The notes beneath the pieces were generated by a model, which had not been told where the DNA came from, searched no databases, and saw only the letters and a program-made list of their open reading frames with translations. Positions 34,401-47,144 of a stretch of DNA of 64,000 nt are shown one piece after another (position 1 is the first letter of the stretch; each line of letters starts with the position of its first letter). Both the position numbers and the translations under genes were made by a program. Source of the stretch: Raillietiella orientalis (lineage: Eukaryota); the NCBI GenBank assembly GCA_036172245.1, contig JAYWIR010000028.1, positions 62,001 through 126,000 on the forward strand, given 5' to 3'.

Positions 34401-37400
34401 GCCCACACCCACCCTCACCCCACCCATGCGGCCTCGGGACGCGTCCCGCCTTCCTCGCAGGAGTCCAGGCGCTCTAGCGCGACTCGCGTTCCCCTCCCTC
34501 CGCCCCCTCCGTTTCGCTCTCCATGGAAACGCCTCGTTCCCCCGTCTCCGAGCAAATATTGTGACAACGAGCGCCCGTTCCCGGGAGGCGCGCGCTGTTT
34601 GCTTTGCCATTACCCGCCTCGTCCTGCCCCTGGGGAGGGAGTCGGCAGTCCCTTCTCGGGGGCGAGCCCGCCGGGATAGACCGTGGAGGACAGGCCATCC
34701 CGCGCCGCCTCGGTTCCCGCCGCCTCGTCATTTATTCATGGCCCCGCGCCCTCCTCCGTCTGCTCGCCTCAGGCCCGAGTGGCAGGGTGGGCCGCCGACG
34801 CGGCGGCGGCCCACCCGCTCCCAGGGGGCGCGGCGGCCCTGCCCGCCACGTCCCATCACGAGAAAGCTGGTCCTCCCGGGACTCGGGGAGAGCCCCCTCC
34901 GGGCCCCTCACTAATCCCGCCGCTCCTCCAGGGAACGAGAGGGGCGGGGCTTCCCTCTCGTTCCGTGGGGACGAACGCGGGCAGGGAGGCGCTCCCGCCG
35001 CCGGCCGGAGGGGATGCGACGCCGCGCGGGACGATCCCCCTTTCGCCACTCCGTCCTCGGACCCGAAGACGCGCGCCCTCGGAGGCCCCGTGCCGTGGGG
35101 CCCACCGTGTCCTCCCCCTCCCTCGGGAGACAGGAGGGAAGGGCGGGTTCCCCGCCTCTCCCGGCGTCTCTCCGCCGCCGGCTCGAAGGGGAGGGGACGG
35201 CAGGACGAAGGGATGAGTGAGGACGCGCCCGCGGGTAGGGAGAGCGTCCGAACTCCGGGCCCCCGCGGGAATCCCTCCCTTCGGGAGCAGTAAGGCTGTT
35301 TACCGTGACGGCGCTACAATGAGAGATCCGGGCGCTGGCGACGGGAGGGTCGGGAGGAAGGGGGGCGAGGGGAGGGGAGGGGTGGGGGGGGGGGAAGGCG
35401 GAAAGAGGGGAGGGGAGGGGGAGGTCTCGTTTTTGATTCTCGTGATCGTCGCGCCCGAGTTCCTTTGCCCAACCTTAATCCCACCTCAATGGGGACCGGG
35501 CCGGGGGGAAGAATGCGGAGCGCGACGCGGTGATCGGTTTAACGGGATCAGAAACTGGGCGGGCAGGGGCGCCCACACCTGCCGAGGGAGGTAGCGGCAC
35601 CGGCGGGCGCAGCCGGGAGGAGCGGTGGCCGAGGCTCGAAGTGACACGGAGAGGCAGCCCGCGCGCCCACGACCGGCGCACGGAGGCGTGCGTTCAGCCC
35701 GCGGCGGCGGGCTTTCCCCTCCCGTGGGATACGATGCGGCTCCCGGGGACAATGGAGTGACGCGGGGCCCCTTTGTCCCCATCGGTGCGCGCCTCTCGCT
35801 CAGGAAGGGGAATGGGGGGGAGGAGGAAGAGGAAGGGACGTCCGAATGGGACTCTCCGCGTCCAATGGCCGTCCAATGGTCCCTCGAAGGGGGACGGGCA
35901 GCGGTGTCTCCCGGCACGCAACAGAGTGCCGGGAGACGCGCTCTCCTTTTGCTTCCCCCTTTGCCACCCCCTTCCCGGGGCGCCCGCCCTGCCCTCCACG
36001 CGCCCCGTCACCCGGGGCAACGCGGTGTCCTGCATCCCAGGTGGAGGAGACTCCGAACCTACGCTTCGCTCGAGCAGGGAGAGCGCTGGCGAGGCTCGAA
36101 CGGCGCTGCCCACATCTTCCTCCCCTCCCTCCCCTTCCTTCTCCTTTTCCTCGCTTTCCGGGCAGCGCGAAGCTCCTTCCTTGCCTCCTTGCGTGCTGCC
36201 TCCTCTACGAGCGAGGATCCTCCCGAGAGTGGGGGAGCGCCCGGTGTCGTCTCCCAGTAGAAACCCCTTGTCGGCCATCGCCTCACTCTCCCGTCGCGCC
36301 ACCCTCCACCGGTTGCTCGCGAAACGGGCAGGAACGGGAGGGGGAAAGAAAACGGCGGCGGCAGCAGCAAGGGGCGGCATTCCACTCACCGCCACCGCGC
36401 CCATGGGATGGGGCCACCTAGCAAGCCTCTCTCCGGAACCCGCGCGCGCGCACGGGCGGTCCTGCCGGGCCTCTCCGTTCCCGGCGGGAGCATCGATGCT
36501 GATCCGCGTTACCGCTTGCCGTGCGTAGCAGGCACGAGCCTCCCCCCCTTGAGGGGGGGGGGGGAGGGAGAGGGGACATCCTAGCGACCTCCCTCTGTGT
36601 CACGGAAGCGCCCCGTCAGGCGATGGTTGGGGAAGGGGGCGCGCCTCTTCCGGGATCCGCCCCCGGAGGTCCTGGAAAAGGAGGAGGAGGCACTGTGAAA
36701 GCCGTACCCGTCGAACGCCTCTTCCCAAAAGGGCGAGCCCGCCAGGAGCGGCGTCTCCCGACAGCCTGGTCGGCCGTGGGAGCGCGGAGGAGGAGCGACG
36801 TCCCGCTCGGCGGCATGCGGGATCGATAAGGGAGGGAGGGAGAGAAGCTCCCGCCCGTCGGCACGGAAGCCGTTGGCGCCCACAAAAGTTCCTTTCCCCC
36901 TCGGGAACGCCCCTCGCCTGGAAAGGGTGGCTTGCAAAGGGAGTGGCATCGCGGGGCGGACGGCGGCTGAGCCCGAAGGTCGCGCGCGGGCGGATCCAGG
37001 AAAGGGGGCGCGGCTGACCCGGCCCCCATCCTGGGAGGCGGCGCCTCGGGCTGCATACGGATAGTCCGGGGGACGCAGCGAGGCCACCGGGGAACCTCGC
37101 TCGATTAACCCGAGGAGTCCTGGGGACAATGGGGGCTCCTCCCTGGAAGTAATGGGATGATTGGCGGGATCGCGGGCCGGCCACAAAGGGGAGAAAGGAG
37201 GAAGGGCGGAGGAGGGAGAGGACCGCCGCCCCCGGAGAACGCTCGCGGCGTCTCTCCTCCTCCGTCTTCCGGGACAGACCGCGACCACTCGCGGACGTGC
37301 GGCCTGCACCACCTCGGTGGCGGGAGGGATCTCTGGCGTTTCCACGTCCCTCTTCTTCCTACTCTTCCCGTCTCCGGGAGGAAAGGCCGCTGCCATGCTG

Positions 37401-40400
37401 AAGATACCGTGCGCGCGTGCGTGCGACGAAGGTCATCGGGGTCACGAGCCCGGTTCCGTGTCCCCAGTGAGGGGGTAGGCTAGCCGGGCGGTCATCCGCC
37501 CCATCCCGTGACTGTGCCTCGCAGTCCCGGAAGCTGCTCTGGAGAAGGGTTCAAAGTCTGGAACGGGACGCGGGATGCCCGCATCCCGTAGGCGCGCGTT
37601 AGCTCCTTGGGCGCCGAGCCTCACCACTCTCCCGCGCCAAAGGCGAGCGGATGGAGGGCGCGCCTTCCTCGGTGCTGGCTCGCTCGTTGCAGAATAGGGC
37701 GGCGCGTTTACCAGGCGACGGGAGGATTGAGGCAGTGCTGTGCCCCCGAGACCCTTAAACTCCACCGGTAGAGGAAAAGGCAGGCCCGTCGTCACCCCCA
37801 CGCCTGACCGCTAGAGGCGGTCAGTCATCTCGCGACCAGCGGTAGCGGCAAATTGCCTTTTCCTTGGAGACTCGCGGCTTCGGACCGTCTCTCGGAAACG
37901 GTACGACTCCGCCCTGCATCTCAGAGCGGGATCGGAAGCAGCGGCAGCTCGGTCAAGGTGGCGCCAGGCTCTCCCCTCCACCCCCGACTCAGAGCATTCT
38001 AGCCGGTCAGGGGAACGGGAAGGAAGGAGCTGCCGAGTGCCACGGTGGAGCTCACCGGCCCGGGGCGGCAGCCGTCCCGCTCCGGGGAAGGGGACTGAGG
38101 CGTGAGGTCCGCCTGTGGTCACTTGGGCGACGACCTCGAGAACGCTCGCCCTCCCCATCCCGTCCGCTAGGGCAGGGATCGGGTCGCAAAGGGACCCTGG
38201 CGCGCTCTCCTCGCCATCCGAGGGAGCAGCGCCACTGGATGACCTCCCGCTCTCTCCCCTCAGCCCATTCAACCTCAGGGTGGAACGGCGGAGGGAGGGC
38301 GCCCTTCGGGAGCGGCGAGCAAGGGGATCGGTCCAATCATCCCCACCAGAGGGAAGGGAGCCGTGAAGTTCCCCATCCTTATGCGGCGAGGAGGGAAGGG
38401 ACGGCGCGAGTGGGAATGGAGGGTTGGGCGCGCATCTCCCCGCGAGTGGAACATTCAAATCCCCCCACAGGGAAGGCAGTGCCCTACGGGTCGCCACGAG
38501 TTCAGGAGAGAGCACCCCCCTTCATCCTTGAGGACCGACCGACGGAAATGGGGATCAGCAGAGTTCACCGAGGGGGCTGCTCATGCTTCTTCCCCTACGC
38601 GGGAGCGAAGAGAATGACCCGCGACGAGCAGCGGAGCAGACCGACGGGAGCGGAGGGAAGGGGAGAAGGACGGAGCGTCTGGACCGGAGGCTGCATCCTG
38701 GGGGAGTACGGAACAGGGAGAGGAAGATCCAGTTAAGCGTTGCTCCGCGGGACGAGCTTTAGAATGAGCCTCTTCTTCCTCCCCGCTGTGCTCCTCCCTG
38801 GAAGGAGGGAGGGAGAGAGGGGGGAATTCCGGTAGTTCCTGTGGCGGCAACGGTCGTTGGTTCCTCCAGGCGCTCCGTCATTCCGAGCCCTTCCCACGAC
38901 GGCCGCGAAAAGCCGTTCGAAGTGCCGGGAGCCCCGTTCCCGCTGAGGCCCCAGGCGTTTTTCCGCCACTCCTTCTCCCTCCCCCCTTGTTCTTCTCCCC
39001 TTTTTCCTTCCTTGTGGCAGCGGCACGCCGGGGGATGGATGGGGAGGAGGTCCTTTCCCGCGACCCTTCTTCGGGACCCTCTCCGGGAAAGGTCGCTTGC
39101 AATCCTCTGCTGTCCACCTCTTCCCGAAATGGCGAGTTCGCCAGGGGCGGTTGTGAGCGGCGTCTCCTCCCGCCCGCCAGGTCGGCGCCGTGGGAGCGGA
39201 GAGGAAGGCGCATCCCGCCCTTCCAGGATTCATCCGCCTTCCTCGGACGTCGCCCCAAAACCCTCCCGCAGAGCGCGTGCGTGCGCGCCATCGCCACAGG
39301 GAAGTGGGGGGGGGGGGGGGGGCCTCCGCTCTTGCTGCCGTTGTTTGCCGCTCGTTGCCGGGGCGACGGCCGGCGGCGGCGCACTGGCTCTCGGGTCGGG
39401 CGGGCCAGTCGGAGGGAACGACAAAGCCACCCCCGCCCGGACTTCGTGCCGAGACCCGAAGAGCAGCGGATTAACCGGGGGAACAAAAGGGAGGAGGAAC
39501 CGGGAAGCTCCAAGGGAAACGAAATTCCCGCCCCCGCTCCCCCCCCCCCCGCTCCCACCTCCCTCTCTCTCTTTCTCTCTCCTCGCCCGGCCCGAAGCAC
39601 GCAGCCCCGGCCGACCTTTTTCCCCCGACCTCCCCCACCTCCTCCTCCTCCCGGTTCCCTCCTGCCCCCCTTCCTTCCTCCTGCGGTGGCTTCCGTCCCT
39701 AATCGCCGAAGATTAGACCCCTGCGACATAAAGCCCCCTCTCCCCTTTCATCCCCCCGGTCCCCCATCTGCTCTTCCTCCTGGATGCGACGGCGGCGGCG
39801 GCGACGGATCTGGACCATCTTAGCGCTAATCCCGTTCCACCCCGGAGCGGTCCTCATTGAAGATGTTTTTCGCCGGAACCGTTCCCTTGGATTCCCCGCG
39901 CGGCGAATCAGTCACGGCCGAGGGAAGATCAGGGTCGGGTTGCGGAGGCTGCACGGCGGGGAGGGCGAGGAAAGGGGGATGGGGCGGTCAGGAAGAGCAC
40001 TTTTTCCCTTCTGCCCCCTCCCCTTGCCGCCCGTCGTCTCCCCATCCGCGTTGACCCTGGAGAAGCGTCCGACGACCAGGGAAACTAAGGGAAGAGCATC
40101 CCTCCCTCCTCCCCCTGCTTGCGTTGGCGGGGATCGCCCGGGCCCGCCATGTGTAAGCCGAGAGCCCCCCCGCGGCTTCTTCGCGGGCGCTCTCGCACAC
40201 CCCTTTTCCCGAAAGCGGAAGAGGGGGAGAAGGGGGAGAAGAGGGGTGTCCCTCCACCTTCCCTCCGCTCCGGAGATCTCCCCCCGGACGCCCCTCGTTC
40301 ACGTTTCAGGTGTCCTTCTCCTATCATGTTCATCGCCGCCGCCTCGTGCCCTGAGGCGGTGTCTGATCGGTCCAAGGCGCTCGCGCGCGACCTGCTTTGG

Positions 40401-42364
40401 CCCTGGCAGCCTCCGTCCTTCCACGCCCCACCTTTCCCAGCGATGTCCCAGCAGCCCCGCTTTCGTTCCTCTTCCACCGCGCTCCCTGATTGGCCGACAC
40501 CGGGAGACCGACGCCTCTCTCTGGGTCATGCTTTCCGCCTCGCGGCGACCTGGCGCGCGTTCGCGCTTCCTCCCCCCCTCAGGTCGTGCGGCGGCCCACC
40601 CGCGCTTGCGCTCTCTCGCAGGAAGGGAGACGCGCCGCCGCCGCCGCCGCCGCCTGAGCCTCCCAGGAGCGCAGGGAGGTCCCCGGACCAGAGTGGGACG
40701 AAGGATGGAGGGGTGGGGGGACGCGTCTGGTCCCGGAGTTCCGGACGCTTCCTCCGCAGCTTGCTCCTCCTTCGGCGCTGCCCCGGGGCCCCCCTCCGTC
40801 GGGCTGCCGGACTGGACGGCAGTCAGCCTGAGGGGATCGCCGCGGGCGACGCTGCTCTCTCTCTCGGCTGGCCGAGGGTCGCATTCGGGGTGGCGCCGTC
40901 CTCCCCGCACTTCTACAAGAGGGACGGGATGCCCCGCATCATTACAGGATGCTCGGGGTCTCGTAGTCGCGGAGCCACGTCCGAGCCTCGGGGCCTTCCC
41001 TGCCCCCTCTCCTTCCCACGTCCTCTCGGAGAAGGTGGAAGTGAAGTTCTGTGCCCACAACCACGCCCCCGCTTCTTATCCCCGCCTCGAGGCGCTTCAC
41101 GTCTCTCCAGATGACTGCAGAGAGGGACACCTCAGAACTCCTCTCCCTGGCGTTTCGAGGAACGCCTCCCTCCCCTCCCCCATCATCCCAGCCTCCAGGA
41201 ATGCCCATTCTCGTGAGCTCTCTTAAACGGAAGGAGGAGAGGGTGCCAAGTCGAGGAATCCGATAGGAGGTTTGGGCTCCGACCACGTGCGTCGAGGTCA
41301 GAAGCGGACAGGACGACCCCCCCCCTCCCTGGAAGCTCCCCGACGGAAGCTTCTCCCCGTGCTCCAGCCGGTCGAGACGCGACGCCCCGGGGATTACAGC
41401 ATCCTGGGGACGGCCCCCTTTCCGGCGGGCGCCGTCCATCCTCCCCTCCGAGGTGGCACCACCGCGCCCCTTCAGAGGAAGGGGGGGAGCAGCCGTCTCC
41501 CGCCGGAGGGAAAAAGGGCAGCGGCCGGGACTTCCCGCCCAGGTTCCCGGAGCCCCCGGCGGGAGGCTAATCCGCGCCCGCGGTCCTCGCCCTCCCTTCT
41601 CCCGGCTTTCCCTCTGTCACGAGGGGCAGGAAAGGAGGGTGCGTGACCGTTCCTGAGATGGGGAGGCGGCTGGAACGGTCGGCTCTAATCGCAAGCGCCC
41701 ATCGATCCGCTCGGTCACCCGGAGGAGAGGGGGGAGGAGATCGGTGCCCTGTCCCCAGTGGAGGGGCAAGGGAAGGTCTGCCCCCTCCTCCTCCCTGGAA
41801 AGCGCTCTCTCTGGGAGAAAGCGGGGGCATTGAGGGAGCGGAAGGCGTCTCCGAGGTGCTGCCTGGTGCCTCCTCCTCCTCCCCGGGACTTCTGTCTGCG
41901 TCTTCCAGAGCCAGAGGGGAGAAGAAAGAGAAGGGAAAGAGGAGAGGGCGAGGGGCTGATCCGCTGTCCATCCTGACGTGGAGGGCTGCCGAACGCAGTC
42001 CATCCCGGGAAAAGGACCCAGGGTCGTGCATCTCCAAAGCGAACGCGAGAGGGCCGGATGGAGAGAGGGACTCCCTGGCCGCCCGCCACCTCCTCCTATC
42101 CTCGACTCTTTCGTGGACATAAGGGGGATCGCTCCGGGAGGGGAGATTTCCCCCCACCACACTTCCCCCTCCCTCTGACCGCTTCCTGAGCGCTTCTCCA
42201 GGCTGCCCAGGCTCGAAAGGGTAGGGAGGGGCACTCGGCCTTGACTGCTTCTCCTTCTCCCGGGATCTCAGGCCAGCAGGGGCCAGCCCTTTCACGGCCG
42301 CTTTCCTGACATAGCCCCCCTGGCCAGGGCAGCTTTGGGATCCGGCGAGAGTGGCAGGGGAAAT

Positions 42365-42384
42365 GGGGGGGGGGGGGGGGGGGG
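42365..42384. repeat. Poly(G) tract, 20 nt (others: G17 at 25554-25570 and 25802-25818)
   Basis: Read directly. Confidence 0.9.
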
Positions 42385-45300
42385 AGGACGTGCAGGGCCG
42401 GGATGCTCTCCCGCGAGCCCCTCCGACCGGCGAGAGGGACGGCAGCTCTCCTTCCTCCCGGGTGCCCAGTTAGGCGCCGTCGCTCCTCCTCCTCTTTTCT
42501 CCGGCATGGCGGAGGGTGGGGGACCCGCCCCCACCCCCGCCCCATTTCTTTGCGCCCCTGTGTGCATCTCTGCCTCCCAGTGAAGGCAGCGGCGGCAGTG
42601 GGCTCTCCTCCCCTTCTTCTCCCCTTTTTTTCGCTTCCTGCTCCTCCCCCTCCCCTTCCTTTTTTCGGGATGAAAGGACTTCCTCTTTTCTCTCTCCCAC
42701 CTTCTTTTTCCAGTCTTCCTTTTTTTCCCCGCCCCCTCCTCCTCTTCCTTCCTTCCTTCCTTCCTCCCCTTTGCCTATCCTTTTCTTCCCCCCCCCCCTC
42801 CTCCAGTCCTCCCACCCGCCCATCCCACCCCCCTCTCCCAGCTGGTCTCCCCCATCCCCACTTCCCTCGGCGTCTCTCTATTTACGTCCTCCTTTTCTTC
42901 TCCTGCCGCTTCCTCCTTTTTTTTTTTTCCCCCCCCCCTCCTCCCCCTTCCTTCCGCTCTCCTTTTTTCTACCTCCTCCTTAATGCTTCTCGGGATGCGA
43001 CCTGGGCAGGGGAGCACGAAATTTACTGCGCTCTCCTGGCGGGACGGGAAGACGTGGGAGGCGCGGTGGTGTGGGAAAAAAAAAAGGAGGGGGGGGAGGA
43101 AGGAAAATCAAAGAGAGGGGCGGGAGAGGAGGGGGGAGGGGAGAAGGGGAAAAAAAAAAAAAAACAGACAAGGAGGGCGGAGAAAGACGGAGACAATAGT
43201 CCCGACGGTGTGCCGATGGAGAAGAGGCGAAAAGGGGGATAGCCGCCGCCGCTGCCCCCCCCATCACCCCTAGACGCCTCCGCCGGCTTGAAACCCTCCC
43301 CCCTCAGCGGACAGACACCCGTGGCGACCGCGGCGAGGCGTGCGCGCGCGCGCGCATGGACTTCCACCGCCCCCGGCCTTTGTTCAGGGGGACCTCGCTG
43401 AGCCGGAAGCGACCTGCTTGACCGCAGCGCGTCCATAAATCTTCCCTATTCTCGAGGGGGGAGGGGGGGGGGGAGGGAGGAGGAAGAAGAAGAAGAAGAA
43501 GAAAAAAAACGTTCCTTCCTCCTCCCCCCCTTCTCCTTGGCCGGCCCTCGCTGCCGTCCTCTCCCCTAATGATCCCCCCCGCTCGCTGACGGGACGACCG
43601 TGAAATTGCTATCGCGGGATCGGCAGGGCGCACCTGCGAGATTCCTCCTGCTGAGGCGGCGGGGGCGGAGGAAGGCAGGGGGGAAGGGGGGGGGGGGCAT
43701 TGCGCCCGCGTTGAGCGCGTCGCGGTCTCCAATGGCGGCGCAGATCGGCGTTGACAGGCCGCTCGCTCACTCGGCCGACGGACTGCTGCCGCCGCCTGAA
43801 GCGCTCCGCGTCACCTTCCGTGACCTCCGCGCGGAGCCGCTGCCGCATCCTTTGCTCGTTCCCTGACCCTGCGCCGCGCTTCCTTCCTTCCTTCCTTCCT
43901 TCCTTCCTCGCCCTCTTTTCTCCCCCCCCCTCCTTGCTTTTCGTTGGCCCTTCGTCCCGTCCCGTTCTCGCGTCCCTCGCGGGGTGGGCGGAACGGAAGG
44001 AGCGGCCCCGGAGAGGGACGAGCCCGCCACCAGCCCCGTGTTTGCTGAGCGGATCAGGCCCTCCGAGCGCGCGCCCGATCGCCCCCTCCCTCCCTCGTTC
44101 CTCCCCCGCCCTCGAGCGTGTCAACACGCTGACTTTTCCGTGAGGGGGCTCTCCCGCCCTCGCGAACGGAGCCCCTCTCCCCGTTTATGGCTCCCCCATT
44201 ACGGCGGCGTGCCGCCCTGCGCTCCCCCTGTTCTTCCCTCCGCTAATCCCAACGGGAGCCCGGCTCCCCGGTGGCGATGATTAAGTGAGCAGCACCGAGA
44301 CGGGAGAAGGGGGAGGAGCAAGGACGCCTCCCTCGTCGTCGGCGGGCAGCGCCGCGCGCTGGCGAAAGGGCGCGTCCCGGACGGGAAAGTCATCCCCCTC
44401 CCTGGCGGAGAACGCCTCCAGGCAGCGCGCGCAAACGCTCGATGGGGCACCTCGAAAGGGGAGGCGCGGGAGGGAGGGGGAAGCGTCTTGCTCGCCACCT
44501 CGTATCTCCTTGGAAACCTCCCTTTTCCCCCTCCCGTCTTTCCGAATTCCCTCTCGGGATCCCCAACTGCCTGAGGAGGGAACCTGGAGCGACACTGCAC
44601 GCGCACGAAACCCCCCCTTCCCGGACTAGCCAACTCCGTTGCCGTGGATACGCACGACCGCATGCACCTGGGCCGGATTGTCCTCCTCCAGTGGGCGGGA
44701 GAAGGGCAGACTCCGGAGAGCAGGTCTCCCCTCATCCTCCCTCCGGAGCACCAAGGAGGCGCGTGCGGCGGGAAAGGGCGAGGCGATCGCTTTCAACGTC
44801 GAATCCTTCGGACCCCGCAGTACAACGTGATTAGCCAAGGCACGAGGGACGTGCTACCCCTCTCCCTCTCGTGCCCGGGCGAACGAGGGGAGCGGCACCC
44901 CGCGCGGGATGTGCCACGCCCGCCTGCGGTCTCCCCGGATGCGGGGCTGAAACACCGTGCGTAGCTCTCGCAGCCCGGGTCGACACTTCCTGCAAGCGTG
45001 TAGAGAGGGAGCGCTGGCTACGGGCGATCTGCGCCACGACAACCTCGGTGCCTCCTTCTTCGGGAGTGGGCGGACGCGCACCCCGAGAGCTCCGGCGGCG
45101 ACCGTGGCCGCCAGGAAAGCCAGAGCACCAGGAGCGTAGAGGGAGAGGGGGGCGAACCCGGCGGCGCAACAGCGGGAGGACGGCGGTGGCAGCGACGGAC
45201 TCCTCGCCGACGCGCGGACGCCCAGCCTGTCAGTCGTCTAGGCAACCCCCTGATGTCTTCCCTCCCGTCCGGAATGTGCCTGCCGACAGTGCCTCGCTAA

Positions 45301-45842
45301 TTGCCATGACTCACCTCTGGGGATCCACCGCCGCCGCCGCCGCCGCCGCCGCCACCCCTTTTCTTTCTCCCCCCTTCGCAGTGGGAATCCACAGTGGGTG
45401 CGTCGCGTCGGTGGCGATGTGTCTGTTCGGCGACGGGCGGACTCCCGGAGACGGCGTCGTGGAGACGTCCCTGAACGCGACCCTCCTCCTCCTCCCTTCC
45501 CCTCTCGTTCCCAGGAAGTGGACGGCGGCGGCGGTTGCGACGCATTGCTTTGCGGCGAGCGCCGGCCAATCATTCGCGAGCAGGGAGGCTTCTGTTGCTC
45601 GGAAACGCTCGTTCTCGCGAACGGGATGAGTCCTCGGCGCTGGTCCGCCGTTCCTCCTTCCTTCCTGCTTCCCTCCCTCCCTCCCCACTCTGCGCGGGCG
45701 CCTGCCGCGTTCCGCCGGGGAAGCACGCGAGGAGGAGAAGGAAGAGGAGGAGCGCGGTGGTCTCTTCCGGCAGTCGCTAAGAAAGTTCTGGAAAAAAAGA
45801 AAAAAGACGTCCATTCCTGGAAACGGCTCCACTTTTTTCCGT

Positions 45843-45848
45843 TTTATT
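45843..45848 (-). promoter_or_regulatory. Candidate polyadenylation signal of Otx copy B
   Basis: AATAAA on the minus strand about 155 nt past the stop codon. Confidence 0.6.
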
Positions 45849-46003
45849 GATGGCGTCATGGCCTTCCTCGAACCGCTTCCGATCGCCGCGGGCGGCGCTG
45901 CCGTCCTCGTCTGGCCGAGAGGACCGAGCCGTGTTCGGGGTGATGGTGGGTGGGGTACCGTCGTCCTTCCCGCTCCTCGACAAGAGAAACGGGACGCCAC
46001 ACC

Positions 46004-46605
46004 CTACAGGATGTTCGGGTACCTTTCCGGGTACTCGTAGTATTCGGGGGCTACGGGATACGCTGCCGGGTGCCGCGCGAAGGGCTGAACCGCTTGAGGC
46101 GCCCCGTAGAGGCCGCCTCCCACCTGCTGGAAGGCGGGCACCGCCGCTCCGTACTGGGGGTGGAGAGCCGCTGCCTGCTGGTGGGAAGGGAAGTACTGCA
46201 CGTTCACGCCGCCGTAGAAGGGCGAGGGAGGGGTCCCGTATCCCGGGTAGGGGCTCGCAGGAGACGAGAGCTTGCACGCGTGGTAGACCCCCTGGATGCC
46301 GCCGCTGTTGTTTGTCGCCACGTAGAGCGGGGACGCCTCGCCGGCGCCGGGGAAAGCGGAGCTCCACACGGGGGGTGAGTAGGGGCAGGGCAGCAACTCC
46401 GGAGTCGCGCCGGCGGGCGCGGTGGTGGCAGCCAGCGAGGAGGACGCCGTCGAGGACGGGGTCGAACAGGTCGACGGCGACGCGGACTCCGGGGGCGACC
46501 TGTAGCTGGAAGGCAACTTGTCCGCCACTGCTTTGGCGGGCAGGTCCGCGCCGGTGCTCTTTTTGCTCTCTTTCTCTTCTGGCTGTTGTTGGTGGTGGTG
46601 GTCGC

Positions 46606-46640
<35 letters not shown>

Positions 46641-47144
46641 TGCTGCTTCTGCTGCAGCTGCTGGCGGCACTTGGCCCTGCGGTTCTTGAACCACACCTTG
46701 AACCGGGACTGTGAAAGGGGGGCCGCCGGGCGGAGAAGGGACAGACAGACCTGCACCCGGGACTCGGGCAGGTGTATCTTCAGGGCGACCTCCTCCCGCA
46801 TGAAGATGTCCGGGTACCGCGTCTTCGAAAAGAGGGATTCGAGCGTGTCCAGCTGCGTCCTGGAGAACGTGGTCCTCTCGCGCCTCTGCTTCCTGACCGC
46901 TGAGTTGGCACCCGGGACAGCTGAAAGGTCACCCGGAGTGTAAGGAGGGGCGGTCGAGAACGCGGAGGGGGTGAGGCTGACCTGCTGCGTATCCCGCGTG
47001 CGGGTTGTGGACGGCGGCGTCCACGGCACCCGGGTGGAGCAGCTCCACTCCGGCGTGAGGGTAGTGCGCGGGCTTCAGGTAGCCGATCCCGAACCTCTGG
47101 ATGTGGTGATGCTCGGACGTCTTCAGGTTGCTGGAGTGGTGCAT
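46004..47144 (-). CDS. otx: Otx/orthodenticle-class K50 homeobox gene, copy B (3 coding exons, 341 aa)
   Basis: Exons (minus): 47144-46982 ([27 protein letters not shown]), 61-nt intron ending TTTCAG, 46920-46751, 54-nt intron, 46696-46004. Homeodomain [60 protein letters not shown], then poly-Q, PVWSSA, and end [14 protein letters not shown] further acceptor at 47159-47161 suggests an upstream exon or trans-splice site. Confidence 0.95.
46608..46662 (-). repeat. CAG-rich repeat encoding polyglutamine in Otx copy B
   Basis: Plus strand (tgc)n; translation [19 protein letters not shown] directly after the homeodomain. Confidence 0.9.
46697..46750 (-). other. 54-nt phase-0 intron in homeodomain helix 3 of Otx copy B, identical to that of copy A
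   Basis: Base-for-base match to 30726-30779. Confidence 0.9.

Noticed and set aside
46004..47029. 341-aa ORF starting MPWTPP as Otx copy B
   Set aside because: Its N-terminus is an alternative frame plus intron sequence. Splicing 46981-46921 links the GYLKP-containing exon in phase.
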